The position numbers and the translations under genes were made by a program. Of a stretch of DNA of 64,000 nucleotides, positions 24,897-37,872 are shown in pieces. The notes beneath the pieces are model-generated. The model made no database searches and was not told the DNA's origin. It worked only from the letters and a program-made list of their open reading frames with translations. Source of the stretch: Centroscyllium fabricii (Eukaryota); assembly GCA_051313645.2 (NCBI GenBank), contig JBNRSN020000010.1, forward strand, positions 9,920,001 to 9,984,000. Direction: 5' to 3'. Every line of letters begins with the position of its first letter. The first letter of the stretch is position 1.

Positions 24897-27800
24897 TGTG
24901 GCGGCACACCCGCTGGGATATCGAATCCGCCAACGGGGCTCCGCGGAGCACAGCCCGCTCATTCGGGTGATGCGACTACGTCACCACGTCGGCGGACGTG
25001 ATGACGTCACCAACGGCGGGACGGTTTGAATATGCTTGTACTCAGTAGTTCTGCCTCTTCCTTGTTTAACTCTGTTCAGTAAAGTCGTGTTTTCTCTTAG
25101 CTCTGGCTCCGTGTAGTTTCTAAAGGCTTGCGGCACAACAGTGGTGACCTCGATAACTGGAACGAATTCCAGTAAAGAAAAAAAGCTGCCACAAGATTGG
25201 GGAACTCCAGCCAAGGACTTTTTTTACGAAAACATGCCCAACACAAGGAACCAAGCTCCACGATCACAAGGAGCTGGACAGAGCACCGGGCACGGACTTG
25301 TTTTGCCCGAGTTCTGGATGCAACGGCCAGCGGCCTGGTTTAGCTGCATAGAAGCCAGCTGCCGTTCACATGGCATCAACGGGGACGACCGCTACGACTT
25401 GGTGTTCACAGCCCTGCCACAAACGGCCATCGATAGGATGTGGTCAAAGATCCAGCGTGTGCCCTCTGCAGGCAGGTATGAAACGCTTAAGGCCGCGCTA
25501 ATTAAGAAGTTTACCCCTTCCCAGTTTGAGCGCGACTGCCAGCTCCTCGACCTCCCTGAACTCGGGGACGCAGACCCATCGGACCTCCTAGGTCAGATGC
25601 AGGCGCTCACTCCCAATCCTGCCACCCTATTTCGCACAGTCTTCCTCCTCAAATTGCCCCGCACCATCAGACCGGCCTTGGCGGCCCTAGCCCATCGCAG
25701 TGACGATGAACTCAGCGAGGAAGCCGACAGGCTGATGGCAGCGCAGCGCACCAGCTCCAACACGTGCATCCCTAAATCGGCATCGGTAGAGCGCAGCTAT
25801 TCACCACCCAGGCACAATTTTATGCCTGAACCTAGGGCCCCGCGCCCGCGCAACTATTCACCCCCCAGGCACAATTTTACGCCCGAACCTAGGGCCCCGC
25901 GCCCGCCTAGACAACCGCGTCCCTGTAGCACCGGCTGGTGCTACTATCACACGTGGTTTGAGCACAAAGCGCACCGCTGCGTACAGCCATGCATGTTTAA
26001 ATCCAGACCCAACTCAGCATCCACCATGTCTGTAGGCCACACAGGAGCACTGCTCTTCCCCACAGACAGCGGTACCGGCCTCAGGTTTCTCTGCGACACA
26101 GGTGCGCAGCACAGCATCGTGCCAGCCTCCCCTGCAGAAAGCAAATGAGGTACACGGGGCCCGCCACTAGCGGCAGCCAACGGGTCCAATATAAAAACGT
26201 ACAGCACCCGCAAGCTTACTATTACCCTTGCAAGCCACACGTACACCTGGGAGTTTGTAATGGCCCAGGTCACCTCTCCCCTCCTCGGGGCAGACTTCCT
26301 CTGCACCAACGGCCTACTGGTCGATGTAACTCGGCGCCGCCTGGTGAATTTAAACACCATGACGACCATCCCATGTTCCACAGGGCCGGCACTCCTGGCC
26401 CACGCAGCAGCCCAATGCTGCTCCAGGGACCCCGATGCCTACGGCACGCTCCTGGCGGAATTCCCTACCCTTACCAACCCCACGTTCACCGCCCGCAAGG
26501 CCAAACACGGGGTGGAACACTTTATAACGACCACAGGTCCTCCTGTCCATGCACACGCCCGTAGGCTCGACCCAGCCAAGCTGGAGATCACAATCACCGA
26601 GTTCCGCACTATGGAACAACTCGGTATAATCCGCCGCTCCAGCAGCCCCTGGTCCTCTCCGCTCCACATAGCCCCCAAGCCCGACGGAGGTTGGCACCCC
26701 TGCGGCGACTACCGCCGCCTCAACAACGCCACCACCCCGGATAGGTACCCAGTACCCCACATCCAGGATTTTTCCGCCAGATTGGCAGGGCGCACGATCT
26801 TTTCTAAGATCGACGTGGTGTGTGGCTACCACCAGGTGCACGTACACCCGGCGGACATTCCCAAAACGGCCGTAATTACCCCCTTCGGACTCTTCGAGTT
26901 TCTGAGGATGCCCTTCGGCCTTAAAAATGCGGCCCAGGCCTTCCAGCGCCTCATGGACTCAGTCCTACGGGTCTTGAAGTTCATATTCGTCTATTTAGAC
27001 GACATTCTCGTGGCCAGCACCTCCCCCCAGGAAAACCTCCTGCACCTCAGGACCCTGTTCCAGCGCCTCACCGAACACGGCCTTGTCCTAAGCCCCATCA
27101 AATGCAAATTCGGCCTCGAGACCATCGACATCCTCGGCCACCGCATTTCCCAAGCAGGGGCCATACCCCTGCCCTCTAAGGCACAGGCGGTACAAGAATT
27201 CCCCCGCCTGCACTCTATTAAGGTGCTGCAGGAATTCTTAGGCATGGTTAATTTTTATAACCGCTTCATCCCGGGAGCAGCCGCTCTCATGGCCCCCTTA
27301 TTCCAGGCCACCCGCGGGCAGTCCAACAAGGCTGTGGTCGAGTGGACGGCCGACGCCGCCACCGCCTTCACCGCAGCTAAAACCGCCCTGGCAAACGCAA
27401 CCCTCCTAGCCCACCCTAGACCCAATGCCAGAGTAGCCCTTACCACCGACGCCTCCGACTACGTGGTCGGGGCCGTTTTTGTGCAGTGGACCGGCAACGC
27501 GTGGCAACCCCTGGCCTTTTTCAGCCGGCAACTCCGGCCCCCAGAGGTAAAATACAGCACCTTTGATAGGGAGCTACTGGCTCTCCATCTGGCGGTGCGA
27601 CATTTTTGTTTCCTCGTTGAGGGCCGACACTTTACAGCCTTCACCGACCACAAGCCACTCACGTTTGCGATGGCTAAGGCCGCTGAACCCTGGTCGGCCA
27701 GGCAGCAGCGGCAAATCACGGCCGTGTCGGAATTTACAACCGACATTCAACACATTTCCAGCCGCGACAACGTGGTCGCTGACTGCCTTTCACGCCCCAC

Positions 27801-29405
27801 CATCAACGCCGCCCAAATGGCAGTTGATTACGCCCAACTGGCCGCGGACCAGCTGGCCGACCCCGACCTACTCAACGCGGCCACTAAACTTCCTGGCCTA
27901 CGCTTGGCCAATGTCGCGCACGGCCCCGCTGCCTCCGCCGTTTGCTGCGACGTATCGTTATCGCAACCCAGGCCCATCGTACACCTCGCTTGGAGGGAAC
28001 GAATCTTTATGACCCTCCACGACCTGTCCCACCCCGGCGTCCGCACGTCCACTAAACTCATATCGGCCCGGTTTGTATGGCGCGGCCTGCGCAAAGACGT
28101 CCGCGCCTGGGCCACCTCCTGCATAGACTGCCAGCGCTCCAAAGTGCACAAGCACATCAGGGCACCGCTGGAAAATTTTAAGGTACCGGCCAGACGCTTT
28201 GACCACGTCCATATTGACCTCGTCGGGCCACTACCAGCATCTCGCGGCCACACGCACCTACTGACCATGGTTGACCGCAACACTCGCTTGCCTGAAGCAG
28301 TTCCCCTCACTGCCACCAACACCACGGACCTGGCCAGGCCGTTCATCGCCACATGTGTCGCCCGATTCGGCGTGCCCACAGACATCACCTCCGAGAGATG
28401 ACCCCAGTTTACGTCGACACTATGGGCGGCCATTGCCCGCGACCTTGGGGTGACACTACACAGGACCACCGCATACCATCCACAGGCGAACGGCCTATGC
28501 GAACGGTTCCACCGCTCAATGAAGGCATCACTTCGGGCCACGCTGAAAGACGCTTCATGGACCGACCGCCTTCCATGGGTCCTCCTCGGGCTGCGCTCGG
28601 CAGTCAAAGAGGACCTCAATGCCTCAGCAGCAGAGCTCGTCTACGGCCAGGCTTTAACGGTACCGGGCGAATTTCTGGCTGAGGCCAACGCCCCCTGGTC
28701 AGCAGACCAGTATTTAAAGGACTGGGCAAACCCGGCACGAGCTTTTCAACCACTACCAGTGGCCCGGCATGGAGAGCCGGCAGCTCGGGTGCCAGAAGAC
28801 AACAAAAACGCCAAATGGGTGTTCATCCGGCGAGACGGGCACCGAGCCACTTTACAGCCACATTACGATGGCCCATATAGAGTGCTTCGGGCGGGAGATA
28901 AGACTTTTGAATTACAAATGGGCAAAAGGACTGAAACGGTAACAATAGAGCGGCTCAAGCCGGCACATGTGACAGCGGGCGAGACCACGGTCCCCGCACA
29001 ACCACCGCAACGCGGTCGCCCTCCCGCACCAAAACCCGCCCACACTCCAATGCAGAACCAGAAGCAGCTAGCAACACAGTCCGGCCGCATCATCCGACCG
29101 CCCCAATGGCACACTTAAACATTTTGCACTATTACTCCCGGACGGATTCTGGGGGGAGCTGTGTGGCAGCACACCCACTGGGATATTGAATCCGCCAACG
29201 GGGCTCCGCGGAGCACAGCCCGCTCATCCAGGTGATGCGACTACGTCACCACGTCGGCGGACGTGATGATGTCACCAACGGCGGGACGGTTTGAATATGC
29301 TTGCACTCAGTAGTTCTGCCTCTTCCTTGTTTAACTCTGTTCAGTAAAGACGTGTTTTCTCTTAGCTCTGTCTCCGTGTAGTTTCTAAAGGCCTGCGGCA
29401 CAACA
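24897..29405 (+). mobile_element. Ty3/Gypsy LTR retrotransposon 2, CsRn1-like clade (sister family), full length
   Basis: 244-bp LTRs at 24897-25140 and 29162-29405. TSD ACAC on both sides, PBS TGGTGACCTCGA, PPT ggggggag. Confidence 0.97.
25234..29118 (+). pseudogene. Nearly intact gag-pol of Gypsy 2 (one TGA at 26146-26148, one frameshift near 28398)
   Basis: Perfect CX2HX9CX3C motif (CYYHTWFEHKAHRCVQPC), LCDTGA, YLDD, TTDAS, and an integrase with HHCC zinc finger, DDE core and GPY module. ORFs 25141-26148 and 26260-28401 share a frame. Confidence 0.94.
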
Positions 29406-29497
29406 ACACCTTATAAAAATGGTAACTTCAAATGGGAATTGGATATATATTTGCAAAAGCAAAGTTGCGGGCAAACAGCAGCGGAGTTGGACTCATT

Positions 29498-30336
29498 GTG
29501 CCCGGTTTTCCTGTGATCCAGACGAGCTGCACACTCACGAAGGGGGGTCCGAAATGTCCCGTGGGTGTGCAGCACGGGGGATGCCCACGAACGGGAATTT
29601 CCTGTGCCGATTTTCACGGCCCGTCAGCATCCAACGCATGAAGACCTTGCACTGATGATTTCCTGTCAGAACGGTGATTTTTGGAGATTGATTCCGTGTG
29701 CAACTGGCTCACAAGCTGCACCCAGAAAAAACAGAAGTAAACTCATGCGTGAGGGAAAAGATTTAGTTACTAAAGCAGGTAAATTAATTTTTTAACTTTA
29801 ATTTTATTTTTTTACAGTTTTTGGGAGTAATGTGGCCAGATCGGTAGCGTTAAATTTTTAAGTAAATTTTTTTTTTTTTTAATTACAAAACCGATTTTAA
29901 CTTAATTTACCTGTTTCAAATCGCTAATTTTTAAAGTTAAATTTCTGAAATGTTTAACTCTCTAGCTATTAAAAAATCTAAGAGGACAAAATGTGAGACT
30001 TACCTTCCGTTTCTTCCTCTGAGAAGCTGCTCTGCCCGCGCTGCTCCCCCGCCGAGTCTGTGAGTGCAGCCCCGCACTTCCCTGCTCTCACAAACGTCCG
30101 ACTCGGGATCTGAGCACATTTATTTATTTAAATTAGGGATTTGGGGGCGTTTTTAATTTAAATTTGGGATCTGTGGGCGGGGCATACACTGCGCACCTAG
30201 CGTGGCTGAACTGCCACGCAGCGCAGGAACGGGGAGGAAATTGACGGTGAAACCTCTGTGCGATGTTGGTGCATGCGATTAGGAGTCCACAGGGTCCTAG
30301 CGCACGCACAAACCGACACAGAGGAAAACCTGGCCC
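29498..30336. mobile_element. MITE (Harbinger-type), 839 bp
   Basis: Imperfect TIRs gtgcccggttttcct / aggaaaacctggccc with a 3-bp TSD ATT. The interior (about 29775-30230) is homologous to about 36270-36720. Confidence 0.8.
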
Positions 30337-31486
30337 ATTATATTTCTAGTTCACAGAGCCGAAAGAGGCTCGAAGGTCGCATGAAGTCCTTATAGCCTTT
30401 AATACTACGTTTCTAGGCCTCCAGAATTGCCCGTGACTTTAAGCCAAAAATGAAAATAGAATAACATCTCAGGATGAGATTCTATAATTTTCCAATAATC
30501 CACCCGTATACGTGTGGAGCTCCGGAAGTGGTGCAGGTCCAGGAGTTCCTAACGCGAGATTAGACAAGCAGTAATTTGTTAAGAAGGAGCTAGTGGGAGT
30601 GAAACGAAAATATATCTATCCACTTAAAAGAGAATAGGAGGCATCGTGGGCCCAAGTTAATATGTCGGTAGCATAATTATTGATTAAGAAAAAGCGTTTT
30701 TTAAATTATTCAATTAATCTAGCAGGTAGATCCTATGGACCAGCGAAGGCCGCTTGGAATACGAAATAACTAACGTAGTTCACATGTGAATCATTGAATG
30801 TTATTATGAGAGACAGCGATCAAGGTATCACTTTTTTAGTTACAGTGATCAAACTCATAAAAGGAGATTCTGGAATCCAAATACGCAGACCCTGCAAGAA
30901 ATAGGAATCGAGATTGACAGGACGAACGCTTCCCTGACACTGCCGCAAATTTCCTCAATTAGAGAAGATTCCTGAGGTTCCGGCACTGGCTGAAATAATC
31001 TCACTGTTTAACGTAAGGCCAGGAGATATCCAGTTGTTGAGCACTTGCGGGAGACGCAATGTTAAATGGGATGATATGGGCTATGTGGCGATGTTTAATC
31101 TTTAGCTAACTTGCTCGAATTTCTGAAACAAATCATTGGCCTGTAGGGCTGTGGATATTCAGCTGGAATGACCCCAGTGTCATTTTTATGGAGCACAGGA
31201 CAAGGGTCCACATGAAGAAACGGTGAGAAATTACGGGATGACTAGGAGATCCGGCACTGTACAGAGCGCTAATTACAAAAGTAATGCAGGTCATTGACAA
31301 ATGGAAAGCTGTAAGGGAAGGGTGACTGTTGAATATCTGGGATCTTCCTTTGTATCAGTTTAATTATAATATTTTGTTCAATACAAGCTAAATGGGGCTG
31401 ATGGTGTCTTAGACACAAGAACAGTGAAAATCATACAAGCACATTTAACACTATAGGACCATTGAAATGTACTTGGGGAGAGTATG

Positions 31487-34204
31487 TGTCATGTTACGTC
31501 CTGCTTCCTAAGTTATGTTTTCATCATTGTTGTCATTCAATCATTGCCTGTTATATTTTGTATTACCCACCTCACCCCTCAATTCAGATACTTGCTTCTG
31601 GCCCTTGTGTGTTTCCAGCCCTGAGCTTTTTCACTTGTACCTCATTAACTCCTCATGCTGTGTGTTTCCCTCTCTCTGCTGCCAGTTCGTCTTCGTACCT
31701 CCGTGTCTAACGTTCCAGCCTTTTTATTGCGCATTGATCTCCTGGTTTCTCGGATACCTGCCTTGCTTGTTTTGACCTCGCCTTTGCCTTCTCCCATTTG
31801 TATTTGATTGCCTGGATTTGCACTGATTACCTGTGCACCGATTATTGCCTGCATTTGGATTGATTACGTGTATACCGCTTCTTGCAAGTAAAGACTGTTT
31901 GAATTACTTCTATCGTGTTTCCGAGTCGTGCTCTTGAGTCCGCTTGCCTTTCCATTACACCAGTCATTACATTACGAATTGGCAACAAGTTGATGACACA
32001 GTCATAGGGTCGGTGCGGAGGCAGAGACAAGACCCGGGCTTTGTTGAAGACGTTCTTGAGGTCGAGGTAACATGAAGGAACTCCGGAGCGATCCGGGAAA
32101 TCGGAGTCCAACGATGCTGGAGGAGGTGAGGAGGCAGGCGACTGAGAGACTGAAGGCAGCCCGAGAACCACAGGGTGTTAACTGCCAATAGATGAAGGAC
32201 GCTCCGGGTTGAGAGACTGAAGACAAACAGGTACCTGCACAGTTCTTGTCCCAACCCGTTATCTCCCTTGTGGACCAGTCCATGTTAGGGTTATGCTTGA
32301 CGAGCCAGGGAAAACCCAGAACGGGAGGATGTAACGCAGAGTCGAGAAGATTAATATTCAGGGATTCCATGTGATGCTTGGAGATGATGAGTCGTATGGG
32401 TTGAGTACGTTGCGGCACTTACAGCAGACGTCCATCCAAAGCGTTAGCCTCCAATGGCTTGGGAAGAGGAATTAATTCGTGTCCAAGTCTTTCAGCTAAC
32501 CACCAATCCATAAAACTCTCATCAGCCCCGGATTCCACAAACACTGGATGACAGAGATTTTGGGATGGAGTGATCATACGTGCACGAGTGAGGTGTCGAG
32601 GGGATAAACCAGAGGAAGCAGTGTGGCTCACCAGCGACCTGCACTTCCCTGACGATCCTGGTCTTCTATCCGGGCACCCAGAAATGAAGTGGCCCAGTTG
32701 TGAGCAGCAAATGCATCTGCCCTCCCGCAATCAGCGCTGTCGCACTTCTGGATAGAGGCTGGCTCTCCCCAACTGCATGGTCTCCTCCACAGCAGCAGAG
32801 GGCGATGATTAGGCAGCTGTCAGGATGAATCGAGCAGGAAGACCCCAGGAAGAGGAGTGATTGGTCGCAGAGTGCCCTCTCTGGAGGGGCCAAACACCCA
32901 CAGTTCGTCTCCCAGTTCTGGAGGGCTTATTGTTCTCTAATCGGCACCACCGTCAGCCTGTCCTCCGGTTACCATCCATAGTCGAATGGTCTGATGGAGC
33001 GGCTTAACCAAGATCTCGAGACCGTTCTACGCTGTGTCATCTCCCAGAATCCGGCCACCTGGATTAAACAACTGATATGGGTAGAGTACGCACATAACAC
33101 CTTACGCAGTTCTGCTACTGGTCTCTCTGCTTTTCAATATGGCTATGGCTTCCTTGACCTGGAGAGGGAAGTTAGCGGCTCCTCTTCTCAGGCTTTTGTT
33201 CGTCGGTGTCACCGCATCTGGAATGTGGCCCATCAGGTGCTCATCAGCAGTTCGGCCCGTTACAAGAGTGTGGCTGACCGCCAACGAACCCCCGCTCCCA
33301 CATACCGACCTGGGAAGAGTGTGTGGCTGTCTACTCGTGACCTTCCCCTGCTTGTGGAATGCCGCAGGTTGGCTCCCCTTATTGTGCGTCCTTTTCCGGT
33401 CGTCAGAGTCGTCAATCCGGCGGCTGTATGCCTCAGACTTCCCAGAACCTTGAGGGTTCACCCCACATTCCATGTGGCACGGGTCAAACCTGTGAAGGAG
33501 AGTTCCTTGGTTCCCGCCTTCAAGCCTCCGCCACCCCCCGGGTCATTGCTGGATGTCCACTGTACACGGTCAAGTGTCTCTTGGCAGTTCGTCGTCGGGG
33601 CCGCAGATGGCAGTACCTGCTGGAGAGGTTGTGGGTGTCCACCAGCAACATTTTAGATCCTAACCTCGTCTTGGTCTTCCATAATCTCCATCCTGATCAG
33701 CGTGGGACGTTAGTTGCCGTCGCTAGAGGGGTGGGGGGGGGGTGGTACTGTTATGTCCCGTCCTGCTTCCTAAGTTATGTTTTCATCATTGTTGTCATTC
33801 ATTCATTGCCTGTTTTATTTTGTATTACCTACCTCACCCCTCATTTCAGATACTTGTTTCCAGCCCATGTGTGTTTCCAGCCCTGATCTGGTTCACCTGT
33901 TCCTCCTTACCTCCTCAGTGTATTTAGGCTGTGCGTTTCCCTCTCTCTGTTGCCAGTTCGTCTTCGTACCTCCATGTCTAACGTTCCAGACTTTTGTTGT
34001 GCACTGATCTCCTGGTTTGTCAGATCCCTGCCTTGCATGTTTCGACCATGCCTTTGCCTTCTCCCTTTTCGTTTTGATTGCCTGGATTTGGACTGATTAC
34101 CTGTATAACGAATGTTGCAAGTAAAGACTGTTTGACTTACTTATATCCTGTTTCCGAGTCCTGCTCTTGAGTCATCTTGCCTTTCCATTACACCAGTCGT
34201 CACA
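31487..34204 (+). mobile_element. Sushi-like chromovirus (Gypsy) LTR element, internally deleted and rearranged
   Basis: LTRs at 31487-31971 and 33749-34204 (TG...CA), 5-bp TSD GTATG/GTTTG, G-rich PPT at about 33725-33746. The + strand carries the integrase C-half (SGYHP*SNG, ERLNQDLE, HPTFHVARVKP) and a chromodomain (YTVKCLLAVRRRGRRWQYL). Confidence 0.9.
31980..32870 (-). pseudogene. Inverted gag-CCHC / protease / pre-RT segment inside the sushi-like element
   Basis: Minus-strand ORFs give CICCSQLGHFISGC (zinc knuckle), VFVESGADESFMD (protease, catalytic D>E), VLGFPWLVKHNPNMDW and [15 protein letters not shown]. Confidence 0.85.
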
Positions 34205-34209
34205 GTTTG

Positions 34210-34960
34210 TTATTTGACCAATTCTATTTGTGACGGATTATTTGAGACAGCAATCAAAACCTATCCGCATTGTCCTCCGCTCTCCATAGAGAATTATTTT
34301 CTCTTGTTTAGAAGTATTCACCTAACTTTGCCTTAAATAATATCTGAGGCAATAAATTCCATGGTCTATCAAGCCTTTGCATAAATACGTTTATTATAAC
34401 CGCTCTGCTCATTCCCTTTGTGAACATTTTAAGGCGATCATCCTTTATTACTAGCTCCCTTATTAAATGGAATAATCACTCCCTCTTCACTCTGAGGAAA
34501 ATATAGACAATGTTTATAAACTCTAATAAATAACCTCTTAGATTTCGCTGCTCCAGTATAAATAGTTCCAAAACCTTGATCCTCATCATTAGTATAGTTC
34601 TGATCCATGGCACAATCCAGGTGTATCTACACTGTACGCTCTCCTTGGATGTAATGGTGTTTCCTCAATGAGTGATCGAAACTGTGCCATTTGCTCAAAT
34701 GCTGGCCTTAATAACATCGAGTAAAGATTCATCATCACTTTTGTTTTGTTATCAATGTCCCTGTCTATAACACAGTAATTGAAGTTGAGTTGCTCGTGAA
34801 TTTTCCAGCAATTGATTATTTGGATGCCTATCAATCGCTGTTCATCCACACACTTCAGCTCCTTCCCATTGAGAATCTGCTCCCAATCATTGTCGTTTCT
34901 CGCACAATCAGCCGATATCACATATGATGAAAAATGTGTAACTGATTCAAAGTTGCTGAT
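34210..34960 (-). mobile_element. Decayed CR1 fragment
   Basis: ORF 34589-34969 reads ILNGKELKCVDEQRLIGIQI...LYSMLLRPAFEQMAQF, resembling CR1 ERDLGV...LVRPHLEYCVQFW. Confidence 0.6.
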
Positions 34961-35222
34961 ATTTTTCAATTATCATTTGGAAAATTATGTAAAACATAAT
35001 AAAACGATAATTACCAAAGATTCTTTAAGACAGTCTGCATGTGTTCAGCCAAACACAGAATACTGGATATTAATTATGATTTATCTAAATTTTATGGCAA
35101 TGTTTTTTAACAGATCACTTGCAACAATTGTAATCATTAATACAGTTACAAAAAAACATTCCTTATACCATCTTTTACACTTTGGGGGGGGGGAATAATT
35201 ATTGCAGAATATCAATAATAAT

Positions 35223-35971
35223 GGTGCAGAAATTGATTTGGAGGCTTGCCGGGAGTGCAAGCAGCCAGGGTCCTCTAACAGAGTGCACAGGCCTTTTAAA
35301 ATTTTCCTTCCCTGAAATCCGGATTATCTGGACTGCTGAGAGGCAGGCGTTCTGCGCTTGGGCAAACGAAAGGCGAAGATAGTGAAAAACTTCCCGCAGG
35401 ATCATGTGGTCCGCGGGGAGCCAATCAAAGCAAATAATGCTCCATTCATGTCTTTGACAGACAGATCTGTCAAAGTTATGAAATACTAGATCCCAAAAAC
35501 ACATTAAATATTAAAATATGTTCTTATAAAATACCACATTTTTTAACCTTACTATCACTTACATAAATTAGCTGCTTTAAAGAAAAATTAAAAATATTGG
35601 AAATATATTTTTAGGTTTTAAATGGGATACCAAACTACATAACTGTGTTTAAGTTATTTAAAAAGAAAAAGTCTGTAAAAAAAATACTTCAATTGAATAA
35701 CATAGAGACTTACCTGATGAAACGGTGTCATTACGGCTGATATTTGCATCCGCATATTTCCCGATACTTACCCTGATAAAAAAAACTGTAAAAAAATCGT
35801 GATTTCACTGCGCACCTCCTGGTGTGCCGGCCAACGCGCTCCGGCATCTGACGCCTCCAGACCCGGCATTGAAAGTACTGGTTCTCTGTGCATGCTCGGT
35901 GTACACACCGAATTAATGCGTCTCTGGGCTGTATGCGTAAGAACACCGTCCGTACTCGCGAGTTGCGGCCC
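35223..35971. mobile_element. Degenerate MITE-like element
   Basis: GC-rich arms around an AT-rich core. The segment ttacggctgatattt...ctgcgcacctcctggtg (about 35731-35825) is shared with the GPCR-intron MITE (about 39311-39400). Termini are uncertain. Confidence 0.5.
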
Positions 35972-35996
35972 TAATTTATTTGCCTTTACACATGAT

Positions 35997-36838
35997 GGGC
36001 CAGAAATTCGGGTACCTAAAGCAGATGCCCACGGCGATGCCCACGAGAAATGCCCACGGATCCGAGATGCCCACGGATCCAAAACTTCCGATGCTGAGGG
36101 AAAAGGGCCCTCAGCATGATGCCCCGGAACGATATGCACCCAAAACTTCAGAATCAAAAAGGGTCAAAAAGGGTCATTTTTTACAGTGATTATGTGGGCA
36201 ACGGAGCCCAAAGATGCACTTGAAAAAAGCTTGAGTAACTCGTTGGTGAGGTAGAGAGAAATGTTCTTAACAATGGTAAGTTAATTTTTTAACTTTAATT
36301 TAAAATTTTTACACTTTTTGGGAGTAGTGTGTCCAGATTGGTAACGTTAAATTTTTAAGTTAAAGTTTTTTTTTAAATTTAACAAATCCGATTTTACGTT
36401 AATTAACCTAGTTGAAATCGCTAATTTTTAAAGTTAAATTTGTGAAATGTTTAACTCTCTAGCTATTTTTTTTTTTTTAATCTACGGAAAAAATGGATTT
36501 TCTTACCTGCCGTTTCTTCCTCTGAGCTGCTGCTGTGCCCCCGCGCTGCTCCCCGCGAGTTTGTTATGCAGCTCCGCACTTACCTGCGCTCACTAAGGTC
36601 CGACTCGGGATCTCGGTATTTAAATTAGGGATCTGGGGGGCGTTTTCTATTTAAATTTGGGATCTGTGGGCGGGGCTTACACTTCGCACGTAACGTGGCT
36701 GGACTGCCACGTTCCGAACGAAGGGGGCGGAGCCAATCGCAACTTTCGAGAAAAAAAAAACACCGATGTTGCTGGGCTTCGTTAGTGCTCCGTATGGTTC
36801 TCGTTGCACACCAACCGGCAAACCCGAATTTCTGGCCC
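35997..36838. mobile_element. MITE (Harbinger-type), 842 bp
   Basis: Perfect 16-bp TIR GGGCCAGAAATTCGGG / CCCGAATTTCTGGCCC with a 3-bp TSD GAT. It shares its interior with 29498-30336. Confidence 0.88.
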
Positions 36839-37354
36839 GATATCTTTATCTACAGCACTATACAAGAGCAGACTCCAACTTTGTGCAAGTTCAGAGACAC
36901 CAGTCAGCGCACAATCGAGATTTTAAGTCAGTATCTGGGACACACGTGTTGAAGGGTCACATCGATGAGCCGAGTTATGACAGTTTCTTGCATTGGAAAA
37001 TTTAAGAATTGACAAGAGCCATCTCCATTTATCAATGAGGAATGGTACCGATAGAGAAACACGCGCCTGCAATATTCACACCAACTTCCAGGAAATTACC
37101 AATATCCGATATCGCAAGACCTTTATTGATTTTTTGAAATGTGCGCGCCCGATTGCAGTATCTGCCCACATGCCCACTGCTGAAGCACATCATTGTTATC
37201 AGTGTCCGTTGAACTTGAAATTTGCTAAATTTGCAGCAATAGGATACATTTACTGAATCACATAAGCCTGAAAAATTATACATTTGAGAGTCCAAATGCA
37301 CGCTGTAAAATGGATAAAATGTTTACACGAGTCCTCTCCCATTTTTGACATTAT

Positions 37355-37523
37355 GTGGAGGTGCGGTGTTGGACTGGGGTGGGCAAATGTAAGAACTCAC
37401 ACAACACCAGGTTATAGTCCAAACGTTTTATTTGAAGTCACAAGCTTTCGGAGCACTGCTGACGAAGGAGCAGCGATCCGAAATTTGGGATTTCAAATAA
37501 AACTGTTGGAATTTAACCTGGTG
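37355..37523. mobile_element. Penelope-type inverted-repeat (hairpin) element with a degenerate hammerhead core
   Basis: Arms caccaggttatagtccaaacgttttatttgaa...ctttcgga (37405-37452) and tccgaaat...ttcaaataaaactgttggaatttaacctggtg (37477-37523) are inverted. CTGACGA...GAAA lies at 37459-37483. Confidence 0.7.
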
Positions 37524-37767
37524 CGGGTTAGGTTGATTGGCCAGGATAAATTGACCCTTAGTGTTCGGGGGATTGAGTATGTGGGGTTACGGGGATAAGG
37601 TGGGATATGTGTCGGTGCAGGCTCGATAGGGATCGAGGGATATGGCGAGAGGGCAGGGACAGGGTGCTGGGTTTGGATGATCAGCCATTATCTCATTGAA
37701 TGGCGGAGCAGGCTCGAAGGGCCGAATGGCCTACTCCTGCTCCTATCTTCTATGTTTCTATGTTTCT
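37523..37767 (+). mobile_element. 5'-truncated HE1-type SINE
   Basis: Matches the reverse complement of about 17685-17915 (gttgattggcca...gacccttagtgtt...gaatggcctactcctgctcctatcttctatgtttctatgtttct). Confidence 0.88.
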
Positions 37768-37872
37768 TACATTTTCCACATTACCAGAAAGAAGGAGGTT
37801 CAACGGTGAAATGGGTGTTCAAGCGGAGATTTAGTAACGAGGAACCTTTAGTTTGATTGATTCCTTTAATTC

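Noticed and set aside
26146-26148. Programmed gag-pol stop-codon readthrough in Gypsy 2
   Set aside because: The TGA lies inside the protease after DTG, and elements 1 and 3 have CAA there. It is best explained as CGA>TGA decay.
19280-28619. Long antisense ORFs in the Gypsy elements (e.g. 19280-20014, 27828-28619)
   Set aside because: These are shadow frames of C-rich pol coding sequence, with no recognisable domains and boundaries not conserved among the three elements.
30450-31480. Possible very old CR1 remnant
   Set aside because: Only vague motif echoes; no frame could be followed with confidence.
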